The translations under genes and the position numbers were made by a program. The notes under the pieces were generated by a model, which worked only from the letters and a program-made list of their open reading frames with translations, was not told the DNA's origin and searched no databases. A stretch of DNA of 60,627 nucleotides, filler included, from Squatina squatina (lineage: Eukaryota), in the NCBI GenBank assembly GCA_031763465.1. It is 4 parts of 3 records of this genome, joined end to end, with 100 filler letters (N's around TTAATTAATTAA, not from the genome) between each part and the next. Parts side by side here need not be neighbours in the genome. Positions count along the whole stretch, not along the records: positions 12,852 to 29,471 come from JARFOE010000189.1; positions 29,572 to 46,323 come from JARFOE010000189.1; 2 more parts are not named here. One strand, given 5' to 3'. Shown piece after piece: positions 25,562-39,222 of the stretch (position 1 is the first letter of the stretch; each line of letters opens with the position of its first letter).

Positions 25562-25836
25562 ATGCCCGAGACAGCAGCACAGAGCCCCATTCCGCCCAAA
25601 GAGTCGTCCTTCTCCATCAAGAACCTGCTGAACTGTGATCGAAAGCCTTCGAAGCCTAAGACTTTGCTGTCGGCGGTGAAAGGGGTGGTTGAAGGTGCTG
25701 CTTTCTCCTTGCCTCACTGCAGGGAACCTGGCTACCCGAGGTTTGAAATCCCGGCGCAGAGGTTTGCGCTGCCGGCGCATTATCTGGAGNNNNNNNNNNA
25801 CACTGTCATCAGGGGTTCATCTCCCAAGGACAGAAG
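25562..25836 (+). CDS. HMX3: HMX3 (Nkx5-1) exon 1
   Basis: [20 protein letters not shown] (eh1-like)..[18 protein letters not shown][gap][17 protein letters not shown] donor at 25837. The 10-N gap breaks the apparent frame. Confidence 0.93.
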
Positions 25837-25910
25837 GTAAGGAATCTTTAACACCATTGTCCTTTCCAATGCACTGTCGCCCTGTCCTTCTGACCCGCCG
25901 CGTAATCTAA

Positions 25911-26540
<630 letters not shown>

Positions 26541-26694
26541 TTTCATTTTAATATTTAACTTTGATACTTTTTTATAATGGGTTCAGCAAAAATAGTGCTG
26601 CTGATCATTTTAAATGACGTTCCAATTAAAGCATGTCTTTCTTTACACTGTAAATGGTCTAATAAAAATACGTCAATTCTATCTTTTTAATTTC

Positions 26695-27076
26695 AGATGG
26701 TTGTGGGTTCCAGAGGCTTGAGCGCATAATACAAGCTGAAAATCCAGTGCAGCACTGTCAGAGGTGCTGTCTTTCTGGTGAGTTATCTACCCTCTCAGAT
26801 GGAGGTAAAAGTTCCCATTGCACTGATTTGCAGAAGAGCAGGGGAGTTCTTCCTGGTGTCCTGACCAATATTTATCCCTCAACCAACATCACTTTTTTTA
26901 AGTAAGTAAATAAAAATTTGGTCATCTCTGCCAGTTGTGGGATCTTGCTCTGTGACTATTGGCTGCAGCGTTTCCTACATTACAACAGCGACTACACTTC
27001 AAAAGTACTTCATTTGACTGAAGTGCTTTGGAACATCCTGAGGTTGTGAAAGGTGCTATATAAGTGCAAGTCCTTC
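26695..27076 (+). mobile_element. DeuSINE (SacSINE1/AmnSINE1-like) copy
   Basis: Deu-domain-like core (GGTGTCCTGACCAATATTTATCCCTCAACCAAC) and L2-like tail (GTGAAAGGTGCTATATAAGTGCAAG). Confidence 0.8.
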
Positions 27077-29471
27077 CAATTTACCCCCATGTCAGAACCC
27101 AGCTTACGTGGTGTGGGGGTGACATTCTCAAGCTTCTTTCTGCCCATGCCCCTCCTGAACCAGTCAGTGGAAGGTACGCAGACTATCCTTCAAAATGGTC
27201 ACACTCAATGAATAGGCCTTTACCCAGTTTGGTGGACTCTTTTCAATAAAATCTAATAAGTATTTCATCTGGTATGTACTTTTAAATGTTACACATACTT
27301 CCTATTAGACATCACGTCCCTATTACTAAATGGTGTATCCTCTGACTCACTGAATAATCTTCCCGTACAATATAATACTTGCATTTATATAGAACCTTAT
27401 CGTGTCAAAACATCTCCTCCTTTCATATAGTGGATTACCTATGAGGTTCAGTGTCTGTAANNNNNNNNNNNNNNNNNNNNNNNNNNNNNNNNNNNNNNNN
27501 NNNNNNNNNNNNNNNNNNNNNNNNNNNNNNNNNNNNNNNNNNNNNNNNNNNNNNNNNNNNCCCCTTAAAGGCCAGTCTGGGTTTGTCATTCTGTTCTCAT
27601 TTTGTTTGACCATTTTTGTTCTGTAACACAAAGCCATGTAGTTTTCAGGAATGATACCTACAAGAGGATCCCGCTGTAAATGTCTTTCTTTTTTTGTAAG
27701 TACTAAAAGGAGTGGTGAAAATGTTGTTCTTTATTATGGTTTCACGTATCTGTGCAATATTGTACTAAAGAAGTTAAAGCACTGTTGTGGAGTATAGAGG
27801 AAAATCATTGCAAGTTGAAATCCAATTTAAAATGGTCTAACTGGAATAACGTGTGCCGAGTAGCACTGGCTATTATGAACGCTATCAAGGTTCTAATGTC
27901 GAGGCGCTTTAACTGAAGGACAATCAGAAAAAATATTTAAGGTTTTCTTAATTTATTTAATAAATGTCCTGTTTACGTGGTGACGACGTATTTTAATTTA
28001 CCTGGATTGTAAATTTATTGACTGAGGTCGAAAGATAAAGATTCTAATTTTTTCAGACAATACTTTGTGTTTATTATTTCTGATGTTTTCCCCAGATGTA
28101 ACATAGTTATTTGCTGCGAAAATAATGGGTGTTCTGTATGTTTTAGCAAAAAAAATGAAATAAAATATTGGCGTTTTTGATATTGTAATGCCGAATTTTG
28201 TTGAACAGACTTGTTGTGAACTAAAATAAAATGTAAGCATTCCTTGTTACTCAAATGTGTAGTTTCATACAAACACCAGCTCAAGAATCAGTAAAGCTGC
28301 TTGTAAATAAAGTATACAAACACCATTTGTGGCCAGAGACGATACGATATTTGCAGCTACCGAATCACGATCAGTTGATAGGCCTAAAATTACATGGCGC
28401 CCATGCTTCAGGACATAATCATTTAAAGGGATTGGTATTTTGGACAATGCAATCGTGTATCTAATCTGGAGGAATACCTTATTTCATCTAGCAAAGGAAA
28501 CGCTACCTCATCTTTTACATAATTATTCTGAAGCATTCTTTGTCAATTGTTAATTGATTCATGGTGTACTGTATTTCATATTCAGTGTAGTGAGGTTTGT
28601 GTCTATTTTGTGAGTCACATTTTACAATTCAATCACATCTGACTTTTCCTTTCACAGTGCTTGTATTGAAACCTCAGACAGTGGTTAATTAAACTAACTG
28701 TAATACAAGTTAGGAAACTGCAATGAAACCCAAGGCCGTTCGGCATAACGTTTTTTTATTCAAACAAAACTTTTTCCTTTAAAGTTCTTATAGTTTGCGG
28801 TGAAGAATATTGGGGGGACGGATTGATTCGCCAAGGGTTTGCGGAAACTGAAACCATTTGCATTAGAAGTATAACCTGTAGCTGGAGGGGTCAGTAACAG
28901 TGCACTTCACCTGCCAAGTGTCTGTACACACACAGGATAAGAATATACTTCATTACGAGTGCAACAATTATCTTTATGTTAAGTGACAGTCCCCTTTATT
29001 TTAAAAATGGATCTCCTGCAAGTAAGAGGGCAGTTTCTATTCTGAGATTGGCGTGATATTTAAATAGCAGGCCGCAATCAAGGTGAAACAAACCAGTCAG
29101 ATGGCGTTGCTGAATCAAGTATAGACCAACCCAGTTTAGTAATCCCTTGAATGCACAGATGCGTGCCGGTGCTTGTGTACTGCAAATATATTTTAACCAT
29201 TCCTATTTTTGCAGAAGGTCACTGTTGAAGTCCTTTACAGACGCACAACTCCAGTTATTCCATTTGTATTTTTATGGTTGACATCCAAGAAACCAGCAGC
29301 GCCGTGTTCTGATTTTCAGATAGCATTGCTGTGACTTCATCGCGTGAAACCTGTCAACAGTTCTGTCAGATGATTCACAAGTGATTCCTGATCCACCATC
29401 ATTGGGCAGCAGTGTCACAGAGGAGGGGGAAGAGGGCACCGACATTGAAGAGCGGGAGGGGGAGGAGGAGG

Positions 29472-29571
29472 NNNNNNNNNNNNNNNNNNNNNNNNNNNNN
29501 NNNNNNNNNNNNNNNTTAATTAATTAANNNNNNNNNNNNNNNNNNNNNNNNNNNNNNNNNNNNNNNNNNNN
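29472..29571. other. Artificial scaffold-joining linker
   Basis: 44 N + TTAATTAATTAA (29516-29527) + 44 N. Confidence 0.95.
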
Positions 29572-29964
29572 CCAAACCTGAGCACAGTATTCCAGTTGTG
29601 GCCTGACAAGCACTGAGGAGAGTGAGGCAATGACAACTTTATCTCTGCTAGTGATGCCCTTGTTGATGTAACCCAGCATCCTGTATTGCTGTGCCATGTC
29701 ACTTTACAGTATGGCACGTACATTTCTATGACAGAACCCCCTTGGACAATGTTATAGTTATGCAGTCGTACCACTTGCTGGGTATAAAAGTTAGACAATT
29801 AAACATCCCACTGCCGTTTAAAAGTAGACATCACCAAAAGCAGAGCTCATCATTAATGAGACATACATTTTAGTTAAGGCAACAGACAAAAATATTTTCT
29901 TGAAGTTTAAAGCAAATAATTAAAAAGCTTTGTTTTCTGTTTGCTATCAGGACATTGACATTAC

Positions 29965-30079
29965 CTCTCCCTGACCATTGCTTTCAGCTGTATATGAACT
30001 TGGGTTGCACTCATCTTTTTGCCTTCAAGGGGTCTTTTTACAGGATCCATCCAAGCTGGATAACCCTTTGGTTCTTGTT
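29965..30079 (-). CDS. Candidate internal exon of unidentified gene
   Basis: 115 bp bounded by AG and GTAATG; only one frame open: (E)QEPKGYPAWMDPVKRPLEGKKMSATQVHIQLKAMVRE(R). Confidence 0.35.
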
Positions 30080-30820
30080 CTTTGAAGTGCGAATAAAAGT
30101 TTTCAAATGTAATGATGGGCTTTTCATTAAGTTTAAGTCTGTAATGAGACAATTGATAAATATGGAACGGTACTGGTCAGTAAAAAACCTGAACAATATG
30201 TTAGTGGGTCATGTAGTGGACAGGAACACAACTATTTGAATTCCAATTAAGGCATCTGTTCACATCTTAGGCTTAGAGGGTAGGTTGGCAATACTGTGCA
30301 AGATTATCGGGCAGTGTGTGAATCGGAGGTGAGGTAGGTAAACAAAAAGAAAGGGTGCAAATGAACATGGGGTCCACATTGAGCTGCAGTTCACAGAACA
30401 ACCTGTATCACTGTGCCAAAAGAAAGATATTCCTCAATATTTCTTATCTCTACTTTCTCACTATAAATATAACAAATACATTTTAAAATCACAATGTTGG
30501 GAGGAAACTGAAAGCGCTGAGATTCTCCCTCTTAGTGAGAGATGTCAATATGGAGGTTAACCTGCAATATTGATTTTAAAAAATCAAATGAGCTCCATGG
30601 AAAATTATGGAAATATATATGGTTTGATGTCCATAGTTTCTAAATTGAATCCCACTGGAAGAATTTTTAAGTTGGTAAGTAAAGTACCATCCACATATCC
30701 AACAGCCCAAACTAAAATTNNNNNNNNNNNNNNNNNNNNNNNNNNNNNNNNNNNNNNNNNNNNNNNNNNNNNNNNNNNNNNNNNNNNNNNNNNNNNNNNN
30801 NNNNNNNNNNNNNNNNNNNT

Positions 30821-32143
30821 GTCAAAGCTTTGATTCTGTCAACTGGAAGGATTATGGATGGTTCTTCTCAAATTTGGCTGCCCGCAAAAATACGTCACCA
30901 TCCTTCGCCTGCTCCACGATGAAGTGCAAGCTGTGATCCTCACCAACAGATCCACCACAGACCCAATACAAGTGCAAACTGGGATCAAGCAAGGCTGCGT
31001 CATCGCACCGCTATTCTCCATCTTCCTCGCCGCAACACTCCATCCCATCTCCATGAAGCTCCCCGCTGGAGTAGAGCTAATCTACAGGATGAGTGAGAAA
31101 CTGTTCAACCTCTGCCACCTCCAGTCCAGAACCAAGACCACCCCAACCTCTATCATCGAACTGCAGTACGCAGACAACGCTTGTGTGTGCGCGCACTCTG
31201 AGCCGATTTTATTCACCGAGACGTACGAGAGAATGGGCCTCACACGAAACATCCGCAAGACAAAGGTCCTACACAAGCCTGCCCCAGTCGCACAACACTG
31301 CCCCCTGACTATCAAGATCCACGGTGAGCCCCTGGACAACTTGGATCACTTTCCATACCTTGGGAGCCTCCTCTCAGCGAGGGCAGCCATAAACGACTAA
31401 TTCCAACCCCACCTCCATTGTGCCAGCACAGCCTTCGGCCACTTGAGGGAAAGAGTGTTTGAAGATCAAGAGCTCAAACCCGGCAACAAGCTCATGGTCT
31501 ACAGGGCAACAGTGATACCCACCCTCCTGTATACATCGGAGGCTTGGTCAATGTACAGCCGGCACCTCAAAGCACTGAAGAAGTATCACCAACGCTGCCT
31601 CCGCAAAATCCTGCAAATCTACTGGCAAGTTAGGCGTACCAATGTCAGCGTCCTCTTTCAGGCCGACATCCCCAGCATCGAGGCACTGGTCACGCTCAAC
31701 CAGCTGCGTTGGGCGGGCCACATCGTCCGCATGCCTGATACAAGATTCCCTAAACAAGCACTCTACTCCGAGCTTCGCCACGGCAAACGATTACCAGGAG
31801 GGCAGAGGAAGAACTTCAAGAATGTCCTCAAAGCCTCCCTAAAAAAATGTAACATCCCCACCGACTCATGGGAATCTCTGGCCCGAACTGGAGGAGAAGC
31901 ATCTGCGAAGGCGCCAACCACTTCGAGCTTCTCTGGCGGGAGTATGTGAATGCCAAGCGCGGGCAGCGGAAGGACCATGTGGAAACCCAAGCATCCCACC
32001 CACTCACCCCATCAAATACCACCTGCCCCACCTGTGGTAGAGTTTGCGGATCCAGTATAGGACTATTTAGTCACCTCAGAACCTACAATACTGGAGTGGA
32101 AACAGGTCATCCTCGACCCTGAGGGACTATCAAAGAAGAAGAG
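30821..32143 (+). mobile_element. RTE-clade LINE, RT core to 3' end
   Basis: KAFDSVN..GIKQGCVIAP..QYADN..FPYLGS..LRWAGHIVRMPD..CPTCGRVCGSSIGLFSHLRT; few disruptions; short (GAA)n tail. Confidence 0.92.
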
Positions 32144-33291
32144 TTATATTTTAAATAACACCCAAATCTTTGGCTTTATTGTCTTGCTGGGTAGGTAGCT
32201 CCCAGTCAAAATGTTTAAAGGGTAGCCATGACCAAAGCAAGGAACAACTTTTACAAAGTATGTTCCAAAGGACCAGTGTGATGAGAACTCGACAGTTCAG
32301 CTATTTTGAATATATGAAACCCACGAGAAGCCTGAGATCACAATGTTCACAGTGATGCAAGGTACAAGATGCAGTAAGAATGTACTTAAGACCTGAATAC
32401 AGTGCGACCTTAACTGAAACTAACCAGCAGGCGGTGCTCTACACTGTACAATATATTCCAAATGAGACCTAAACAGTGGCTCTGGTATATGTCAGCTTCA
32501 CAAGTAGTATTAAACACACCAGTTGTTGCATCGTGATAGCAATCGTGCTTGTCATAAGCGACTACGCTCTGGAATTTAAAGTGCTGCTGTTTGGTGACTA
32601 GTTTATTTTTAAATCCCAATTAAAAGCTACTCTGTTTGAGAACATAGGAGATTGCTGGAAGAGGCTATTGTGTTTATGAGCAAATCTTGTTTACGTACAG
32701 GCGTTTTAATTAAGAGCAAACATTTTTGCATGAAAACAAATTGCACTGCACCAAGCTTCTTCCTTGTAAATAAAAATGTAAGTTTAAAAACTTCTTCATT
32801 TTGCAGTTGCTGGTTGCATTAGTGGTAGTGAGACATGCAGTGCAATGAGGTTTACGTCAGTAACACACAAGAGCAGACTCCCATAGCAAGGGGGAAATTA
32901 TGGCTTCAGAAAACAACTGGATCCTCAAAAAGTGATATTCTCCTCTTGAGAATATCTTACTTAATGGCCATGAGCATACTGATCACCGTTAATTATCTAG
33001 GCAATCAATCTTTTTTCAAAAGCATCAATTCAAGTTACAACATAAATTCATCAATACAATGTTTTGTGAAAATCATTTAATTGACGGTACACTATTTCCT
33101 CAACCAGACACAANNNNNNNNNNNNNNNNNNNNNNNNNNNNNNNNNNNNNNNNNNNNNNNNNNNNNNNNNNNNNNNNNNNNNNNNNNNNNNNNNNNNNNN
33201 NNNNNNNNNNNNNGTTGGAGCTCTAATCCAGTTCTGCCTAACCTGGTACACTGCATGATCCACACTTTCTTTATAACACAGCATCTCTTAC

Positions 33292-33395
33292 CTCAAAGCA
33301 ATACCAGGGTTTTCCAGTAGCACTCCATAATCCCGAGAGATCTGCTTTGTTAAATCAGACAACAGTGGTATTTTCATGTGCCCGAGACCCCCACT
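33292..33395 (-). CDS. PRDX3: Peroxiredoxin 3 internal exon
   Basis: 104 bp, [34 protein letters not shown](R), AG/GTAAG ends. Confidence 0.92.
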
Positions 33396-33917
33396 CTGGA
33401 ACGAAAGAATGAACACAGAGGAAAATTACCCAAAGACAAATCAATTAAAAGATTATACAGGTAAAAGAAAAAGGACTCCCAGACGTTGAAATGTAATTTT
33501 TAAAAACCTTCGACAAAGTAGAAATAATCTTGAGAACTTATTATTTATGTAACCACTTTCTACAGTCAAAGAATAGATATGCAAAATCTCCCCTCCAAAA
33601 ATGGTTACTCATGGACAAAGTCATCTTCTATGGATCTTAACTTCTTATAATCACAATCTAAAATATTCTGGTTGTCACTATGGTTTGATAAAATAATCCT
33701 TAGCTTTCACCACTGAAAAACAAATTTGGTATTCTGAAGGTTTAAAACAGCAATAATTGGTTTAAAACAGCAATAATTGGTTAACAGTTACCTTCTTCAA
33801 ATACTCATTTTATATAACTACTGCACCCAAACCTAACTGAAATCCCAAAGTGTCTAAAAGGCAAATAAACCACAAATACAACATTTAAAAAAAAAAATCT
33901 TCATGCTTGCTTCATAC

Positions 33918-34053
33918 CTTTTTTGGAGTGTTGATCCAGGCAAGATGGGAGAAATGAGAGTCTACAGAGACACCAATTACTTCACAGTTTACATCATGGA
34001 ACTCATTTGCTTTGTCACTAAATGCAATGATCTCAGTTGGACAAACAAAGGTA
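33918..34053 (-). CDS. PRDX3: Peroxiredoxin 3 exon with peroxidatic Cys
   Basis: 136 bp, [49 protein letters not shown] ends. Confidence 0.95.
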
Positions 34054-36128
34054 CTGGAAAAAGGAATATATATATATATTTTTTTAAACTGATTCATAAG
34101 ATCACACAACCTGTTTTTAAACCAATAATAACTAGAACAGCAATAAGGTAAAACCTGATGAAAAGGAAATCTATCAGTGGCTTGCATTCCTGCAAATACT
34201 TAAAATGGTTGAAACACAAATATATACACAGACACACAAACATGGTTGCTGCAACATAGAAGACAAAATCAACAGGCTCGGGCCTTCATTTTAAAAATGG
34301 TATATAAAAACGGACTTTAAAAACTGAGATCTTTGTCCACATCTTTTGGCATGTAACAAAACATACTATTGGAAGAGACAGAAGGAAGGGAATCTTGAGG
34401 GGAAAAAGTGGAGTGAGAATGAGGGACTGAAAACTATCCCTATATTTTAACAAGCCCCAAAATGATCTTTAGAAACTACGTATATGGGCATCTTCCAGCA
34501 TTTTCATGTTCAATTTTAGGGATTTAAAATCACTTGTTTGCGTCTATTACCCTTAAAGTGTTCGGCGCATTTAGTATAGCATTTTATTTGTACCCTTTAG
34601 TAACAGTACTGCATCAATAGCAATAGAACGACTGTNNNNNNNNNNNNNNNNNNNNNNNNNNNNNNNNNNNNNNNNNNNNNNNNNNNNNNNNNNNNNNNNN
34701 NNNNNNNNNNNNNNNNNNNNNNNNNNNNNNNNNNNNNNNNNNNNNNNNNNNNNNNNNNNNNNNNNNNNNNNNNNNNNNNNNNNNNNNNNNNNNNNNNNNN
34801 NNNNNNNNNNNNNNNNNNNNNNNNNNNNNNNNNNNNNNNNNNNNNNNNNNNNNNNNNNNNNNNNNNNNNNNNNNNNNNNNNNNNNNNNNNNNGTCTGAGG
34901 TATGCCACCCTGCTGTTATAGCTTCATGAAAATGGCACCTCGCTGTCTCGCTCACCATTGAAAATTACTTTTCCATTCAAGGTGAGACCAGAACAAAGTA
35001 ATGCTGTTCAACTCTTAAACCCACTGGCTGTTGACAGGGCGTTATTTAGTAGACTGGGTTAAACAATCTAAAAGCTGTTTTGAAAGCACACATGTAAAGT
35101 TCTCAGCAGGTTTATCTTCAAAAGTATCCCAGCGTTTGATGTGAGAAAGCCTTTTTGATGGCTCAAGTGTGAATAACAATTCAGAAAAAAGCACAAAGAT
35201 CACAAAGCGCTGTAACATTACCAACATTCCAGAAGCTGCTTGATGTAGCTTTGATTATTTTAAATATAGTAATTATGATCCCCTTCCCAAATATTGCAAA
35301 ACAAGATATTGAGTTGAAGCTAGGAGCAAATTCCTGAGTGTGTAATAAGCCAGAAACTCTCAAAATCTGAAATATTACATTTAAATATTTTAATTTTGCA
35401 CAAATATAAAATCCTTTATTTTTCAGTTGCTACACCGTATAAAGCACAGCAGTGGTACACACCAGAAACTACAACAGCAGTGCTTCAATCCCTACAAGAA
35501 TACAGGTATAAGCAAGGAAATCTGTAATATTCTTTTCGAGCACATTTGTAGTGTCTACAAAAGGAGCTATGCATTATTGTCCCCAGGGTGGGGATTCAGA
35601 ATGAGAGAAAGCAAAGTTAAAGATCAGAGCAGAAAGCAAGAGAAACAGAAGTAAAGAACAGAGAAAAAAAACAACAGCAATAGCACAAAAAATCTATATA
35701 CAAGTTAATACATTGGATGGAACGTAACCCACAGGACAGAGTAATCAAGATATAGGAGCACAACAGAAGCATTTGTTCCCCAAAAGATGTACTCCACCCA
35801 TCACTTGGTTAATATTTTCAAAGCTGATAACAACACTTAAGGGCCTTCTCTTTAACTCTGAGCAGCGCAGGATAATTTCTACACTTACTTTTTTTTAAAC
35901 TTTGCTCAAAAATACTTGCAATAAAATACTGTTTGTATATATTAAAATTCAGCATTATAGTATGCTCTTGCAACAGTTATCAAAAGGGGAATTTTGAAAG
36001 CTGCACAGGGCACTGGATACCAAGAAACAATTTGCGTGAAATTTGGCAAAGAAAAAAAATTGTAGTTACAAACGTTTTTCTCTTACATCTGAGCTTTTAA
36101 GCAAAATGCACATGCCAAGATTACTTAC

Positions 36129-36270
36129 AAATCCAGAGGGTAGAAGAAAATGACCAGATATTTTCCCTTGTAGTCATCCAAGCTGATCTCTTTGAACTCA
36201 CCATTGACCACAGCAGTGCCCTTAAAAAATGGAGCAGGTTGGGTAACAGCAGGAGCGAAGTTTGAATAAG
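36129..36270 (-). CDS. PRDX3: Peroxiredoxin 3 internal exon
   Basis: 142 bp, [46 protein letters not shown](F), AG/GTAAGT ends; phases fit the next two exons. Confidence 0.93.
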
Positions 36271-37415
36271 CTGAAAGGAAAAGTACAAGCGGCAATTATT
36301 ATCTATTGGAGTCTACACTCGTTGTACTGATCTTACAACCAGGCACAAAAAACATTTTCATGAATATTCATGTTCCTTCAGTCTGCCTACACAATGAATA
36401 TTTTTAACTGGATACATAGAAACTCCAAGTTGCATTCTCAGTAGCCATATTAAAATAAGATTGTTCAAAAAAAAACCAAAAGAGACTAAGCACTCAAAAC
36501 ACAGATAGCCTTAACAAAATTTAATTAATATTTTACAAACTAGAGATTTTTAAAAATGGAATGCTATTAAAATCCAAAACGTATGGACCATGAAACATGT
36601 TTTGCATATTTTAAATATTATGCTATACCCGCAAGCCTGTTCATTCAGGAAGTCACCATTTTGCAATAAATTAGATTGGAATCCCATTTGTAATACCACT
36701 TAATTAGATCAATAAAAGTGTCTAGTGACAAATCAAAAATGATATTTCAATAAAGTGAAAGTTCCCTTTATGGCAGAATGGCAAAATGATTAAAGTAAAA
36801 CCTAAAGGTGCATCATAATAAGTTGTTCACTGGTGATGCAGTTATACTGCATCTACCAACTTCACACTGGNNNNNNNNNNNNNNNNNNNNNNNNNNNNNN
36901 NNNNNNNNNNNNNNNNNNNNNNNNNNNNNNNNNNNNNNNNNNNNNNNNNNNNNNNNNNNNNNNNNNNNNNACCACTGGATTTGTGGACAAATGAGCCAAA
37001 GAAGCTGCTGAAGTGTGAGCAGCCAGGCTTTTATACGAACGAAGGCAGTGGGAATACAATTGCTTAACGATATGGGTCACCTGATAGTGTTGTGAGCAGT
37101 CAAGAGAACGCCTCCAACAGTGCCACACCTGGTCAGCAGAAAAACGTAAGTGAAATTCAGAACTCCATGACGCTATTAACGCTGGGTGCTAATCAGTGCT
37201 ACAGCCAATTTCAGCCCCAACATTTTTAAATAAAACATTTTAAGAGGATCATGGGGTAAGACTGGAGAATAGCCCAGCTCTAGAATTGCAGTGCAATTAT
37301 AACTTGATAACCATCCAGTGATTTTCTTCATGTACTGATTTATAATCTCTTACGAATAGAGTCTTTGCTGGATAGTAAAGCAATGATAATTATTTCCCCC
37401 CTTACTGTGTTGCAG

Positions 37416-37473
37416 CTAATTTAGTTCTTCATCGGACAGTGGAACGAATCCATGTAGGAAGGAAATACGGTGA
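37416..37473 (+). CDS. LSM1: LSM1 penultimate coding exon (truncated by gap)
   Basis: AG acceptor 37414-15, then (A)NLVLHRTVERIHVGRKYG(D), Sm-fold of LSM1. Confidence 0.9.
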
Positions 37474-38428
37474 NNNNNNNNNNNNNNNNNNNNNNNNNNN
37501 NNNNNNNNNNNNNNNNNNNNNNNNNNNNNNNNNNNNNNNNNNNNNNNNNNNNNNNNNNNNNNNNNNNNNNNNNNNNNNNNNNNNNNNNNNNNNNNNNNNN
37601 NNNNNNNNNNNNNNNNNNNNNNNNNNNNNNNNNNNNNNNNNNNNNNNNNNNNNNNNNNNNNNNNNNNNNNNNNNNNNNNNNNNNNNNNNNNNNNNNNNNN
37701 NNNNNNNNNNNNNNNNNNNNNNNNNNNNNNNNNNNNNNNNNNNNNNNNNNNNNNNNNNNNNNNNNNNNNNNNNNNNNNNNNNNNNNNNNNNNNNNNNNNN
37801 NNNNNNNNNNNNNNNNNNNNNNNNNNNNNNNNNNNNNNNNNNNNNNNNNNNNNNNNNNNNNNNNNNNNNNNNNNNNNNNNNNNNNNNNNNNNNNNNNNNN
37901 NNNNNNNNNNNNNNNNNNNNNNNNNNNNNNNNNNNNNNNNNNNNNNNNNNNNNNNNNNNNNNNNNNNNNNNNNNNNNNNNNNNNNNNNNNNNNNNNNNNN
38001 NNNNNNNNNNNNNNNNNNNNNNNNNNNNNNNNNNNNNNNNNNNNNNNNNNNNNNNNNNNNNNNNNNNNNNNNNNNNNNNNNNNNNNNNNNNNNNNNNNNN
38101 NNNNNNNNNNNNNNNNNNNNNNNNNNNNNNNNNNNNNNNNNNNNNNNNNNNNNNNNNNNNNNNNNNNNNNNNNNNNNNNNNNNNNNNNNNNNNNNNTGAA
38201 AAGCTGGTAAAAGCTGGTGCTACACCAGTATCGATAACTGCATTAGCTAAAGAAGTGGGAAATATCTTCAGATGCAGATTCAGTGTTGCACAATTTAATT
38301 AGTCATTATGAGGTTGAAGATCATGCCACACTTTTTTCTTCTAGTTCACTTAGTAAGGTAATTGTCTCGCTGTGTTTAAAGCTGTTGCTGTGCTTGTGTT
38401 CTTTTAATGACTGATGTTATCCTTACAG

Positions 38429-38599
38429 GATCTGGAAAGGGAGACTGATACTCCCTTGCAGAAAGTGTCTATTGAGGAGATTCTGGAAGCTCAAAGAGTT
38501 CAGCAGCATGAAAAACAAGAAGCAGAAAAGGCAAAAAGTGAAGCGTTAAAAGAGCGAGGATTATCTATCCCTCGTGCAGATACTCTGGATGAATACTAA
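38429..38599 (+). CDS. LSM1: LSM1 terminal coding exon
   Basis: DLERETDTPLQKVSIEEILEAQ..RGLSIPRADTLDEY*, the LSM1 C-terminus; AG acceptor 38427-28; AATAAA at 38993. Confidence 0.95.
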   Translation, partial: DLERETDTPLQKVSIEEILEAQRVQQHEKQEAEKAKSEALKERGLSIPRADTLDEY

Positions 38600-39069
38600 A
38601 AAAAAAGTCACTTTTAAATATACAATGCCAGACTTTGACACACCACCTTTTTTAAGTGACTGGAATTATTAGGTTTCCCTCCTGAAATGGGATAGACAAA
38701 TGAGCTTCATATGTAAAAACATTTTTTTTAATATTTCACAACAGTGATTGTGAACTAGCTGTGCTTTTTTTTTTAAAAGACAAAGCATCAGGAAGAATGC
38801 ACTGAGTTAATTACTGGTTCTCGGAGTCCACTCTATTGGCCTGAAAATATAACAATCAAAGATCTTCACCATATTGAAGCTTTAGCTGCAAGTGATGGGT
38901 TCCCCATTCAGCGAAGGGATGGGCATACCAGTCAATGCATTATTTGTAGGTAGGTTTTTTTTGCATAGATTAAATTGCTGTGTATTTACTGAAATAAAAA
39001 TATTCTTGTAAGGTGGAAAGTTGAAACTTTATCATTTATTTCTTAATAACTTGCATAGTTTCAGCTTAT

Positions 39070-39222
39070 CCCTTTGCTATTTGTGGGACCCTGTGCGCAC
39101 AGATCAGCCGCCTTGTTTGCATACAAAACAACAGTGATCGCAGTTCAAAAGTAATTCATTGGTTGTGAAGTGCTTTGGGACATCTTGAAGGTTGTGAAAA
39201 GTGATTAAATGCAAGTTCTTTC
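39070..39222 (+). mobile_element. DeuSINE 3' fragment
   Basis: Same 3' tail as other SINE copies. Confidence 0.7.

Noticed and set aside
25790-25799. Apparent HMX3 frameshift
   Set aside because: The 10-N placeholder stands where a conserved ~9-residue segment (RSPAWWYPY in human) is expected; gap-size artefact.
33739-33778. 20-bp tandem duplication (also 19-bp at 43583-43620)
   Set aside because: Ordinary slippage duplications in intronic or SINE-flanking DNA.
36971-37080. Candidate PRDX3 transit-peptide exon (VTHIVKQLYSHC..)
   Set aside because: Weak acceptor; same contig as an internal LSM1 exon 335 bp away, leaving no room for both genes' first exons.
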